A DNA stretch of 64,000 nt, from contig CAJGCL010000001.1 in the NCBI GenBank assembly GCA_904501675.1, positions 6,528-70,527 on the forward strand, read 5' to 3'. The notes beneath the pieces are model-generated. The model was not told the DNA's origin. It worked only from the letters and a program-made list of their open reading frames with translations, and did not search any database. The position numbers were made by a program, and so were the translations under genes. Source of the stretch: Clostridiaceae bacterium (lineage in GTDB: Bacteria > Bacillota > Clostridia > Oscillospirales > Acutalibacteraceae). Below, one piece after another: positions 10,173 through 18,587 of this stretch (within the stretch, counting starts at the first letter, position 1; each line of letters starts with the position of its first letter).

Positions 10173-11063
10173 ATGTATATTTGCAACGATTGTCCTAGAA
10201 AATGTAATAAAGAAAGAAAAGCTCTTGCCGATAACGGTAAGGGCTTTTGCAATATGGGTCAAAACCCTGTAATAGCACGAGCTGATTTACACTTTTGGGA
10301 AGAACCCCCTATTAGCGCGCAAAATGGTAGCGGAACTATATTTTTTTCAGGCTGTAATCTGCAATGCATTTTTTGTCAGAACGAGAAAATCAGCAGAGGT
10401 AAATTCGGCAAGGAGATAACTATAGATGAGCTAAAAAATGTTTATAAAGACCTTATAGACAAAGGCGCACATAATATAAACCTTGTTACCCCATCTCATT
10501 TTGTTGATGCCATTATCAAATCACTCGACGAGAAGTTGAGTGTTCCTGTTGTTTACAATTGTGGTGGTTACGAAAGCATTGAATCACTCGAAAAGCTTGA
10601 TGGTAAAATTGATATATATATTCCCGATTTAAAGTATTTTTATGATAGCCTTGCTATGTGCTACTCAAAAGCACCTGATTATTTCAACATCGCAACAAAA
10701 GCGATTAAAGAAATGTATCGACAGACAGGAAATTATATAATCAATGATAATGGCGTTATGGAAAAAGGCGTAATAATCAGGCATTTGATTTTACCGGGAC
10801 AACTCCACAACACAAAAAGAATAATTGATTGGGTTAAAAACAATTTTAATCCTGGCGAAATTTTATTCAGCCTTATGAGTCAATTTACCCCTATTCCCTC
10901 TTGCAATATCGATTCGCTCAACAGACGCCTTACACAGGAAGAATACAACGAAATAGAAGACTATTTATATAATTCAGGAATAGAAGACGGTTTTATGCAA
11001 GAGCTTTCTTCCGCTTCCGAAGAATATGTTCCACCCTTTAATTTAGGTGAAAAAATCCCATAA
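10173..11063 (+). CDS. radical SAM protein, PflX-like (pyruvate formate-lyase activase homologue, substrate unknown)
   Basis: CNLQCIFCQN (CxxxCxxC) cluster, N-terminal CNDCPRKC, and HFWEEPPIS motif typical of COG1313/PflX. Starts 2 nt after the SH3b stop. Confidence 0.85.
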   Translation: MYICNDCPRKCNKERKALADNGKGFCNMGQNPVIARADLHFWEEPPISAQNGSGTIFFSGCNLQCIFCQNEKISRGKFGKEITIDELKNVYKDLIDKGAHNINLVTPSHFVDAIIKSLDEKLSVPVVYNCGGYESIESLEKLDGKIDIYIPDLKYFYDSLAMCYSKAPDYFNIATKAIKEMYRQTGNYIINDNGVMEKGVIIRHLILPGQLHNTKRIIDWVKNNFNPGEILFSLMSQFTPIPSCNIDSLNRRLTQEEYNEIEDYLYNSGIEDGFMQELSSASEEYVPPFNLGEKIP

Positions 11064-11070
11064 TAATGTA

Positions 11071-11097
11071 ACTAAATTCAGCCATCCTCATAATATG
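11071..11097 (+). promoter_or_regulatory. possible mother-cell (SigK-like) promoter of the Cys-rich gene
   Basis: AC (11071-11072), 16-nt spacer, CATAataTg (11089-11097), versus remembered consensus AC-N16/17-CATAnnnTA. Weak pattern match only. Confidence 0.25.
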
Positions 11098-11142
11098 ATA
11101 GTGAAGTAAAAAAACTTCAAATCACTATCAGGAGGAAGATAT

Positions 11143-11979
11143 ATGGCTGAAAACAAAGCTACACAAGGGTTTGACCTTCATCATGTGAAAGAAGCAATCT
11201 GTGTTGACACAAACAGAGTTTACGACTCTTGTGCCGATAAAGACTGCCTTGCCGATTTAAGAGTTTACTTAACAGATTGCGCACAGAATGTTGTTGAAAA
11301 CGCAACCTCTGTAAGACCTCGCTCGGCAGAAATACTTAACTGCATCATTGAAGTTGAGAAAGTTCCTTTCAATAAAGGCTGCTACTCTGTTGACCTTACA
11401 TTTTTCGTTAAGGTCTGTCTTGATGCGCTCAATTGCCCTACTGCCCCCGCAACAACAATAGAGGGACTTGTTACATTCGGTAAAAAATGTATTCTTTATG
11501 GCAGTGAGGGAAATGTTAAAATATTCACCTCAAATTATATTCCTTGCGGTGCAGATGAACAAAACCCTGTTGGAAACACTAACCCTACAGCAAAGGTACA
11601 ATGCGTTGACCCGATTATTCTTGATGCAAAAATCTGCAGGGTATGTGATTGCTGTAATACATTAGGCGATTGTTGTGATTCTGTTCCAAGAAATATCAGC
11701 CGTTGCTTTGAGGGCAACTTCTGTTGCAACTGCGAAAAAGCAGTTAAAGTTACATTAGGCATTTTTACAATCATTCAGCTTGAAAGAGATGTGCAGATGC
11801 TTATTCCTGCATATGATTTCTGTATACCAACAAAGGAATGCTCATGTGATACGGAAGACCCTTGCGATGCATTCAAGAAGATCTGCTTCCCACTTGACGA
11901 ATTTTTCCCACCAAATGCAAGGAACGATACCTGTGCAACGCCATTCAACCCCAATAGCTCTTGCGGATGCTGTAAATAA
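11143..11979 (+). CDS. hypothetical cysteine-rich protein (about 30 Cys in 278 aa), possible spore coat/exosporium component
   Basis: Strong SD AGGAGG at 11130-11135 and a clean downstream terminator. Clusters CRVCDCC, GDCC, NFCCNC, CSC and C-terminal CGCCK. No TM or signal peptide and no family I recognise. Confidence 0.75.
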   Translation: MAENKATQGFDLHHVKEAICVDTNRVYDSCADKDCLADLRVYLTDCAQNVVENATSVRPRSAEILNCIIEVEKVPFNKGCYSVDLTFFVKVCLDALNCPTAPATTIEGLVTFGKKCILYGSEGNVKIFTSNYIPCGADEQNPVGNTNPTAKVQCVDPIILDAKICRVCDCCNTLGDCCDSVPRNISRCFEGNFCCNCEKAVKVTLGIFTIIQLERDVQMLIPAYDFCIPTKECSCDTEDPCDAFKKICFPLDEFFPPNARNDTCATPFNPNSSCGCCK

Positions 11980-11982
11980 CAA

Positions 11983-12028
11983 AACGGAGAAGTTTTCGAC
12001 TTACTCGAAACTTCTCCGTTAATTTTTA
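11983..12028. terminator. bidirectional intrinsic terminator between the Cys-rich gene and the DUF4364 gene
   Basis: aacggagaagttttcga / tcgaaacttctccgtt stem of about 16 bp (one bulge), T-rich on both sides. Confidence 0.7.
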
Positions 12029-12586
12029 TTTGTCACCTACAAGACGGTCGATAATATCTGAATACAAAGCGCCCGGATCATCAAGGAAACCATCTTTTAA
12101 CTGCTCTGCCTGAAGAACATCGGCAACATTAAGGGTTAAAGAAAGCATCGTCTGCCCAAAAGACTCGATTTCAAATGTTACGTTGTAGCTATCCTCTAGC
12201 TTTTCAATTGTAACTTTATTTTCTCTTTCTGAACGGGCACGCGAAACAATGTTAAGGGCTGTTTTTATTGCTCTGTCTCTTACTCCTGGAAGAAGATTTT
12301 TTTCTAGTTCAGTTGCACTGTTAGCGCCAATCTGAGAAACAACAAGGTGAGGTTCACCTACATATTCTTTTTCAAGAATTGCACCATTCTCAAGAAGCTC
12401 GTCTATAGCAGAGTTAACATCAAAAAAGTTTACAAGACCTGTTTTCTGCATTGCTTCTGAAATCTGCGCTCTGGTCATTGGAACCTTAACAGAGTTAAGA
12501 ATATAACAAACAAGAATTTTTATATCAAGCATACTACGCAAGCCACCGTAATCTATACCGCCTGCAAACGCATCAAATTTAGCCAT
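12026..12586 (-). CDS. DUF4364 family protein (putative winged-helix regulator)
   Basis: MAKFDAFAGGIDYGGLRSMLDIKILVCYIL N-terminus is characteristic of the clostridial DUF4364 family (from memory). Confidence 0.7.
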   Translation of the reverse strand: MAKFDAFAGGIDYGGLRSMLDIKILVCYILNSVKVPMTRAQISEAMQKTGLVNFFDVNSAIDELLENGAILEKEYVGEPHLVVSQIGANSATELEKNLLPGVRDRAIKTALNIVSRARSERENKVTIEKLEDSYNVTFEIESFGQTMLSLTLNVADVLQAEQLKDGFLDDPGALYSDIIDRLVGDK

Positions 12587-12642
12587 AAAATCACTTCATT
12601 TCTTTTTAGTGTGTTTTATTTTATCATTTTTACAGAATATAA

Positions 12643-13935
12643 TCAATTAAATTTCTTTAAAAATTCTATTAAATAATCTCGTATTTCTCCTGCAAGATAA
12701 AGAGAGCCTACAACAAAAATTGCAGTTTTCTCATCAGCAGCGGCAAGAGAAATATTCACCGCTTGTTTTATATTTTCAACAGTAAATACTTTTTCTGAGT
12801 ATTTTATTGCAATTCCTGCAAGTTCATGAGCCTTCATTGCACGTGGATTTTCAGGTGTTACCGCAAAGAACACATCCGTTTTTTTCATAAGTGGCATTAA
12901 AGAGGATTCAACAGCTTTATCTGCCATCATTCCAGCAATTACAATAACCCTTTCTTTTTTTGTTATCTCCCCTTTTACTGCTTCGTAAAAGGCTTTTGCG
13001 CCATCCTCGTTATGGCCTCCATCAAGAATAACAAGGGGGTTTTTCGAAAGAATTTCAACCCTTGCGGGAAGAACGGTTTTCTCTATTCCATTCTTTATAT
13101 TCTGGGAAGATATATTGAAATTACTCTTTAAAACATTACAAGCTTCAATTACACAGGTCATATTTTTAACCTGATGAACACCTGACATAGGAGTTTTATA
13201 AGCTTCGCCTTTATACATAAATTCTGTTCCGTAAATATCACTTTTCAAAACAAAAACATTGCTTTCTTCGGGAATAACAAGACTGCCATTAACAGAAGAC
13301 ACTGTTTTTTTTACAACTTTTAACGCTTCTTCAGGTTGCCCCATTGAACAAACAACAGCAGCGTTTTCTTTTAATGTGCCACACTTTTCAAACGCAATTT
13401 CTTCAATAGTGCTACCTAAAATTGCAGTATGGTCAAGGGAAAGAGATGTAATTATATTAACAATAGGAGTTTCAATTACATTAGTTGCATCAAGCCTTCC
13501 ACCAAGTCCAACTTCAAGTACAACGACATCACACTCAAGTTCATTAAAGCAAAGAAAAGCGGTTGCGGTTAACGCTTCAAACTCTGTAATTATCGTACCC
13601 GAATTCTCTAATTCATTTACTGCATTTCTAACCTTTTCTACATTGCGGGCAAAAACAACTTCATCAACAGGTGCTCCATTAAACTGCACCCTTTCAAGAA
13701 AATGAGAAACATAAGGTGAAGTGTACAAACCAACATTATAGCCAGCGTTTATAAGCACATTGGAAACAGCTGTTGACGTAGAGCCTTTTCCGTTAGTCCC
13801 TGCTACATGGACATATTTTAAACACTTATGAGGATTACCCAAAAAATGCAACAAGGCATTCATCCCGGCAAGGCCGGGACGAACACCGAATTTAAGTAAT
13901 GAATGAATATAATTTACTGATTCTGTAAAATTCAT
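12643..13935 (-). CDS. folC: bifunctional folylpolyglutamate synthase / dihydrofolate synthase
   Basis: Mur-ligase P-loop GTNGKGST. 4-nt overlap with the valS stop (conserved valS-folC pair). Confidence 0.92.
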   Translation of the reverse strand: MNFTESVNYIHSLLKFGVRPGLAGMNALLHFLGNPHKCLKYVHVAGTNGKGSTSTAVSNVLINAGYNVGLYTSPYVSHFLERVQFNGAPVDEVVFARNVEKVRNAVNELENSGTIITEFEALTATAFLCFNELECDVVVLEVGLGGRLDATNVIETPIVNIITSLSLDHTAILGSTIEEIAFEKCGTLKENAAVVCSMGQPEEALKVVKKTVSSVNGSLVIPEESNVFVLKSDIYGTEFMYKGEAYKTPMSGVHQVKNMTCVIEACNVLKSNFNISSQNIKNGIEKTVLPARVEILSKNPLVILDGGHNEDGAKAFYEAVKGEITKKERVIVIAGMMADKAVESSLMPLMKKTDVFFAVTPENPRAMKAHELAGIAIKYSEKVFTVENIKQAVNISLAAADEKTAIFVVGSLYLAGEIRDYLIEFLKKFN

Positions 13936-16628
13936 TTGAGTTTCTGAATACTTTCTTCAAGCATTGCAATCTTAGCTTTATGCTTTTCCTGAGCCTCTCT
14001 CTGCTGAGCAACAACTGCCTCAGGAGCTTTTGCCATAAAGCCAGGATTGTTAAGTTTATTTTCTACAAACTGAAGATCTTTTTTAGCTGTATCAAGCTCT
14101 TTTTCGAGTCTTGCACGCTCTGCTTCAAAGTCTACGAGTTCATTAAGAGGAATGAAGATTTTTGCTGCCTCTGTAATAACAGAAACACTTCCTTCAATCT
14201 CAAAATCAGCGCCTACTTCAACTTCAGAAGCGGAAGCAAGTCTGTTCATGAACACGCTACCATTTGAGAAGTCTTCAACATACTTTGTAGCAATATAAAG
14301 CTTTGCCTTCTTTGATGGAGGAACATTCATTTCTGCACGACGGTTACGAATTGCCTTAATAGCAGTCATAACGCGCTCCATAGCTACTTCTTCTGCAGGG
14401 AAGTTAAGAGCTTCATCGTACTTGCACCACTCTGAAATCATAATTGATTCACCATCGTGAGGAAGAGCAAGCCAGATTTCCTCTGTAATGAAAGGCATAA
14501 ATGGATGAAGTAGTTTTAATGTGTTAGACATTACATAAACAAGCACTGCTTTTGCTGTCTTTTTACCTTCTTCGTTACCTCCGTTAAGACGGATTTTTGC
14601 AATTTCAATATACCAATCGCAGAATACATCCCAGATAAAGTCATAAAGATTCTGTACTGCAATACCAAGTTCGAAGTTTTCAAGAGAATTCTGAACAACC
14701 TTAACAAGGTTATTGAATCTGCTTATAATCCATTTATCTTCTGTAGCAAGGTTCTCAGGAATGTGTGGAGCAGGCTCATCATCATCAAGATTCATAAGGA
14801 TAAAGCGGTTTGCATTCCACAATTTGTTTGCAAAGTTACGGCTTGCCTCAATCTTTTCAGGAAGGAAACGCATATCGTTACCTGGGCTGTTACCTGTAGC
14901 AAGAGAGAAACGAAGAGCGTCTGCACCATACTGGTCGATAATCTCGAGTGGGTCAATACCATTACCAAGAGATTTAGACATTTTTCTACCAAGAGCATCA
15001 CGAACAAGGCCATGAATAAGAACAGTATCAAAAGGAACTTTGCCTGTATATTCAAGAGCAGAGAAAATCATTCTTGATACCCAGAAACCGATAATATCGT
15101 AACCTGTAACAAGAGTATTTGTTGGATAGTAATGCTCTAAATCCTTTGTATTATCAGGCCAACCAAGTGTTGAGAATGGCCAGAGAGCAGAGCTGAACCA
15201 TGTATCAAGTGTATCCTCATCCTGTGTAAGATTTACGCTACCGCACTTACAGCACTTATCAGGTGTTTCAACGCTTACTGTAACGCCACCGCAATCCTCG
15301 CAATACCATGCAGGGATTCTATGACCCCACCAGAGCTGACGGGAAACACACCAATCACGAGTACCATTCATCCAGTTAAGATAGTTCTTCGTAAATCTTT
15401 CAGGAACAAACTTTGTTTCGCCCTTTTCAACTGCTTCAATAGCAGGCTTTGCAAGAGGAACCATACGAACGAACCACTGTTTTGAAACCATTGGCTCAAT
15501 AGTACTATGGCAACGGTAGCAAGTACCAACCTCATGCTTAAGGGGCTCAATTTCTTTAATATATCCGCCTGCTTCAAGGTCAGCAAGAATCGCTTTTCTC
15601 GCTTCCATTGTTGTCATACCTGCGTATTTACCGCAATCAAGAACTTCAGGCTCATTTTCAGCTGCTCTACCGCTTGCAATAAGCTCGTCTGCAATTCTCT
15701 TATCCTCTGCACCTGTAAGTCTGCCGTCGTAAGTAAATGTACGAACAATTGGAAGGTTGTTTCTCTGACCAACTTCAAAGTCGTTAGGGTCATGAGCAGG
15801 TGTGATTTTAACAACACCTGTACCCTTTGTCATATCAGCATGCTCGTCGCAAACGATAGGAATTTCTTTATTCAGGAGAGGAAGAATTACATGGCAACCA
15901 TGAAGATGCTTATAACGCTCGTCCTCTGCGTTGATAGCAACAGCTGTATCACCAAGCATTGTTTCAGGACGAGTTGTAGCAAGTTCAAGCTTTTCACCGG
16001 TTTCTTTAACTGTGTAAAGAAGATGCCAGAAATTGCCGTCCTTCTCTTCGTATTCAACCTCAGCGTCAGAAATTGATGTATTACAGCAAGGGCACCAGTT
16101 AACCATACGGTTGCCTCTGTAAATCAAATCCTTATTATATAACCTTGCAAAAACTGTATTAACAGCCTTATTGCAGCCTTCGTCAAGAGTAAAGCGCTCT
16201 CTGTCCCAGTCGCATGAAGAACCTAATTTTTTAAGCTGTTCAACGATTCTACCGCCATACTGTTCTTTCCAAGCCCATGCACGCTCAAGGAAGCCATCTC
16301 TACCTAAATCCTCTTTAGTTACGCCTTCTGCACGCATTGCTTCAACAATTTTTGCCTCTGTAGCAATTGAAGCATGGTCTGTACCAGGAAGCCAAAGAGT
16401 ATCATAGCCGGACATTCTCTTCCAACGGATAAGAATATCCTGCAAGGTGTTGTCAAGAGCATGGCCCATATGAAGCTGACCAGTAATATTTGGTGGTGGA
16501 ATAACAATAGTGTATGTAGGCTTTCCTTCCTCACATTTGGCGTGGAAATACTTGCCCTCAAGCCAAGTTTTATATATACGGTCCTCAACATTTTTTGGAT
16601 CGTATTTTGTTGCGAGCTCTTTCTTCAA
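13932..16628 (-). CDS. valS: valine--tRNA ligase
   Basis: Class I motifs HMGH and KMSKS, C-terminal coiled coil. TTG start at 16626-16628 with AGGGGGA SD. Confidence 0.97.
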   Translation of the reverse strand: MKKELATKYDPKNVEDRIYKTWLEGKYFHAKCEEGKPTYTIVIPPPNITGQLHMGHALDNTLQDILIRWKRMSGYDTLWLPGTDHASIATEAKIVEAMRAEGVTKEDLGRDGFLERAWAWKEQYGGRIVEQLKKLGSSCDWDRERFTLDEGCNKAVNTVFARLYNKDLIYRGNRMVNWCPCCNTSISDAEVEYEEKDGNFWHLLYTVKETGEKLELATTRPETMLGDTAVAINAEDERYKHLHGCHVILPLLNKEIPIVCDEHADMTKGTGVVKITPAHDPNDFEVGQRNNLPIVRTFTYDGRLTGAEDKRIADELIASGRAAENEPEVLDCGKYAGMTTMEARKAILADLEAGGYIKEIEPLKHEVGTCYRCHSTIEPMVSKQWFVRMVPLAKPAIEAVEKGETKFVPERFTKNYLNWMNGTRDWCVSRQLWWGHRIPAWYCEDCGGVTVSVETPDKCCKCGSVNLTQDEDTLDTWFSSALWPFSTLGWPDNTKDLEHYYPTNTLVTGYDIIGFWVSRMIFSALEYTGKVPFDTVLIHGLVRDALGRKMSKSLGNGIDPLEIIDQYGADALRFSLATGNSPGNDMRFLPEKIEASRNFANKLWNANRFILMNLDDDEPAPHIPENLATEDKWIISRFNNLVKVVQNSLENFELGIAVQNLYDFIWDVFCDWYIEIAKIRLNGGNEEGKKTAKAVLVYVMSNTLKLLHPFMPFITEEIWLALPHDGESIMISEWCKYDEALNFPAEEVAMERVMTAIKAIRNRRAEMNVPPSKKAKLYIATKYVEDFSNGSVFMNRLASASEVEVGADFEIEGSVSVITEAAKIFIPLNELVDFEAERARLEKELDTAKKDLQFVENKLNNPGFMAKAPEAVVAQQREAQEKHKAKIAMLEESIQKLK

Positions 16629-16685
16629 AAGAAGTCCCCCTTAAATATAATCTGTTTCTGCTCATAGAAATTCAATTTACACGCT

Positions 16686-16714
16686 ATTATCCCACATTCT
16701 ACCGCAATTGTCAA
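16686..16714 (-). promoter_or_regulatory. SigA-type promoter of valS-folC
   Basis: Minus strand TTGACA (16709-16714), 17 nt, GATAAT (16686-16691) with TGg extended -10. Leaves a leader of only about 50 nt. Confidence 0.6.
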
Positions 16715-16827
16715 TGATTACAATATATGATTTTTATTAAAATACATAATATAAAAAATTTACATAGATAAACTTCGTTAAATTACCAATATTTTACATA
16801 ATAGCATCTCTTATATTCTGAAAATAC

Positions 16828-16856
16828 TTGATTTTTACAAAAAATTATAATATACT
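16828..16856 (+). promoter_or_regulatory. putative promoter of the DUF4234 gene
   Basis: TTGATT (16828-16833), 17 nt, TATACT (16851-16856). Confidence 0.4.
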
Positions 16857-16885
16857 CTAATAGTAAATATACTCAAAAAGGAGTT

Positions 16886-17317
16886 ATGAATATGGTATCA
16901 GCAATTAAAGAAAGAGGTATGATTACTTACATTCTTCTTTCAGTTCTCACTCTCGGTATTTATCACATCGTTTTCTGGACAAAGCTTTCAAAGGATGTTA
17001 ACGCTCTTTGCGAAGGCGATGGCAAAAAAACTATGAAATATGTTTTCTGCTTCCTTCTTAACATCGTTACAGTTGGTATTTTCGGTTTTGTTTGGAAATA
17101 TAAGCTTGCTAAGAGACTTCAGGAAAACGCTGCACGTTACGACCTTAAATTCAGCGAAAGCGGTGCTCTCGTTGTTGTTCTTGCTATTGTTTTTGCACTC
17201 TTCCCTGTTTCACAGTTTGTTTTAGTTAAGAACTTTAACAAGATGGCAGTTGCTTACAATGAGTACAATGGTCTTGAAGCTCCAAAGGATGCTTTTGCAG
17301 ACGAAGTTGAAGCATAA
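16886..17317 (+). CDS. DUF4234 domain-containing membrane protein
   Basis: ITYILLSVLTLGIYHIVFW motif, several TM segments. SD AAGGAG upstream of ATG 16886. Confidence 0.7.
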   Translation: MNMVSAIKERGMITYILLSVLTLGIYHIVFWTKLSKDVNALCEGDGKKTMKYVFCFLLNIVTVGIFGFVWKYKLAKRLQENAARYDLKFSESGALVVVLAIVFALFPVSQFVLVKNFNKMAVAYNEYNGLEAPKDAFADEVEA

Positions 17318-17335
17318 TTGAATTAAACAAATATC

Positions 17336-17376
17336 AACCCCACTATTCAAATATTTGAATAGTGGGGTTATTTTAT
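17336..17376 (+). terminator. intrinsic terminator after the DUF4234 gene
   Basis: aaccccactattcaaa / tttgaatagtggggtt perfect 16-bp stem followed by ATTTTAT. Confidence 0.75.
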
Positions 17377-17489
17377 GTCCGAAGACCTTATTATATTTAT
17401 CATTATCGGTTGCTTGTGCTTGCATAGCGTTCACCGTTTAACATTAGGAGCTACCGCAACGACGACAGTCGTGAGGACCACCACAGTTT

Positions 17490-17522
17490 AAAAAAACAAA
17501 GCTCTGCAAAATGCAGAGCTTT
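17490..17522 (-). terminator. intrinsic terminator after rpsI
   Basis: Minus strand aaagctctgca-ttt-tgcagagcttt followed by GTTTTTTT. Confidence 0.7.
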
Positions 17523-17543
17523 GAGAATCTTGAAATAATACAA

Positions 17544-17942
17544 TTATCTCTTTGAGAACTGTGGTGCACGACGTGCGCCTTTGAGACCGTATTTCTTTCT
17601 TTCTTTCATTCTTGGGTCACGAGTAAGAAGACCTGCTTTTTTGAGGATTGGACGAACATCATCTTCTGACTGAAGAAGAGCACGAGCAATACCATGACGG
17701 ATAGCACCAGCCTGACCTGTAACGCCACCACCGTTTACACGGCAAACTACGTCGTACTTCTCAAGGCTCTCTGTAAGAGCGAGAGGCTGACGAACGATAA
17801 GCTTGAGTGTTTCAAGACCAAAATAATCGTCGATATCTCTGTCGTTGATTGTTACCTTACCTGTACCTGGGTAAACACGAACACGAGCAACTGATTTTTT
17901 TCTTCTACCTGTTCCGTAGAAATATGCTTTACTTTCGTACAT
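17544..17942 (-). CDS. rpsI: 30S ribosomal protein S9
   Basis: [12 protein letters not shown] ... C-terminal RRAPQFSKR. Confidence 0.97.
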   Translation of the reverse strand: MYESKAYFYGTGRRKKSVARVRVYPGTGKVTINDRDIDDYFGLETLKLIVRQPLALTESLEKYDVVCRVNGGGVTGQAGAIRHGIARALLQSEDDVRPILKKAGLLTRDPRMKERKKYGLKGARRAPQFSKR

Positions 17943-17959
17943 AATTATTGCCTCCTCCC

Positions 17960-18385
17960 TTAAAATTCTCTAACGATAGGCTTCTGAGCTGCCTGTTCGT
18001 GCTCTGCACCTGCATAAACACGAAGACGAGCCATAGCTGCTCTACCAAGAGTGTTATCTGGGAGCATACCCTTAACGGCTTTCTGAACTGCAAATTCTGG
18101 CTTTTCTTTCATAAGAATACCATACTTAACAGATTTCATATTACCTACGTAGCCTGTGTGATGATGATAGTACTTGTCCTCAAGCTTGTTACCTGTGAGA
18201 ACAACCTTTGCAGCGTTGATGATAATTACGCTATCGCCGCAATCAGCGTGTGGAGCAAATGTTGGTTTGTGCTTACCGCGAAGAAGAACAGCAGCCTCAA
18301 CAGCAACCTCGCCGAGAGTTCTGCCTTCAGCGTCAAGAACATACCACTGGCGCTCAGTTTTGCCTTTTGGCATATAAGTAGACAT
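17960..18385 (-). CDS. rplM: 50S ribosomal protein L13
   Basis: [13 protein letters not shown]...LGR. ORF-track N-terminal 21 aa removed. ATG 18383-18385 preceded by GGAGGT. Confidence 0.96.
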   Translation of the reverse strand: MSTYMPKGKTERQWYVLDAEGRTLGEVAVEAAVLLRGKHKPTFAPHADCGDSVIIINAAKVVLTGNKLEDKYYHHHTGYVGNMKSVKYGILMKEKPEFAVQKAVKGMLPDNTLGRAAMARLRVYAGAEHEQAAQKPIVREF

Positions 18386-18438
18386 AACAGTTACCTCCGT
18401 AATAGTTTCGGGACATAAATACCCCGCATTGCCTTGAT

Positions 18439-18467
18439 ATATTATCACAGCAACGCAGGGTTGTCAA
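18439..18467 (-). promoter_or_regulatory. SigA-type promoter of rplM-rpsI
   Basis: Minus strand TTGACA (18462-18467), 17 nt, TAATAT (18439-18444). Confidence 0.55.
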
Positions 18468-18587
18468 CACTTTTTTAAAAGAAATTTTATATACCAAACG
18501 CTATCTCTCGAATGCTCGTTTTTTCTCTTTTTTTCACCCGTTTTTCTCACGCGGCATTTTCGAAATAATACACAATATAACGGTTTT

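Noticed and set aside
11097-11129. Hairpin gatagtga...tcactatc just upstream of the Cys-rich gene SD, considered as a terminator for the radical-SAM gene
   Set aside because: No T-run follows it; AGGAGG follows instead. It is more likely part of the 5' UTR, and the evidence is too weak to call a regulatory element.
15507-16076. 189-aa plus-strand ORF antisense to valS (with similar ones at 13259-13705 in folC, 17948-18418 in rplM, 43266-43718 and 43845-44288 in prmC/DUF1385, and 59900-60328 in dnaE)
   Set aside because: All are embedded antisense in strongly recognisable genes. Cys/Phe/Ser-rich nonsense composition, with no SD or promoter.
17222-17434. 70-aa minus-strand ORF across the DUF4234 3' end and its terminator
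   Set aside because: Reads through a perfect terminator hairpin and overlaps a supported gene. No SD.
18386-18438. Possible L13 ribosomal-protein leader upstream of rplM
   Set aside because: The leader is only about 50 nt, and I can find only a 4-bp cggg/cccg stem. That is insufficient to call the structured L13 leader without a covariance model.
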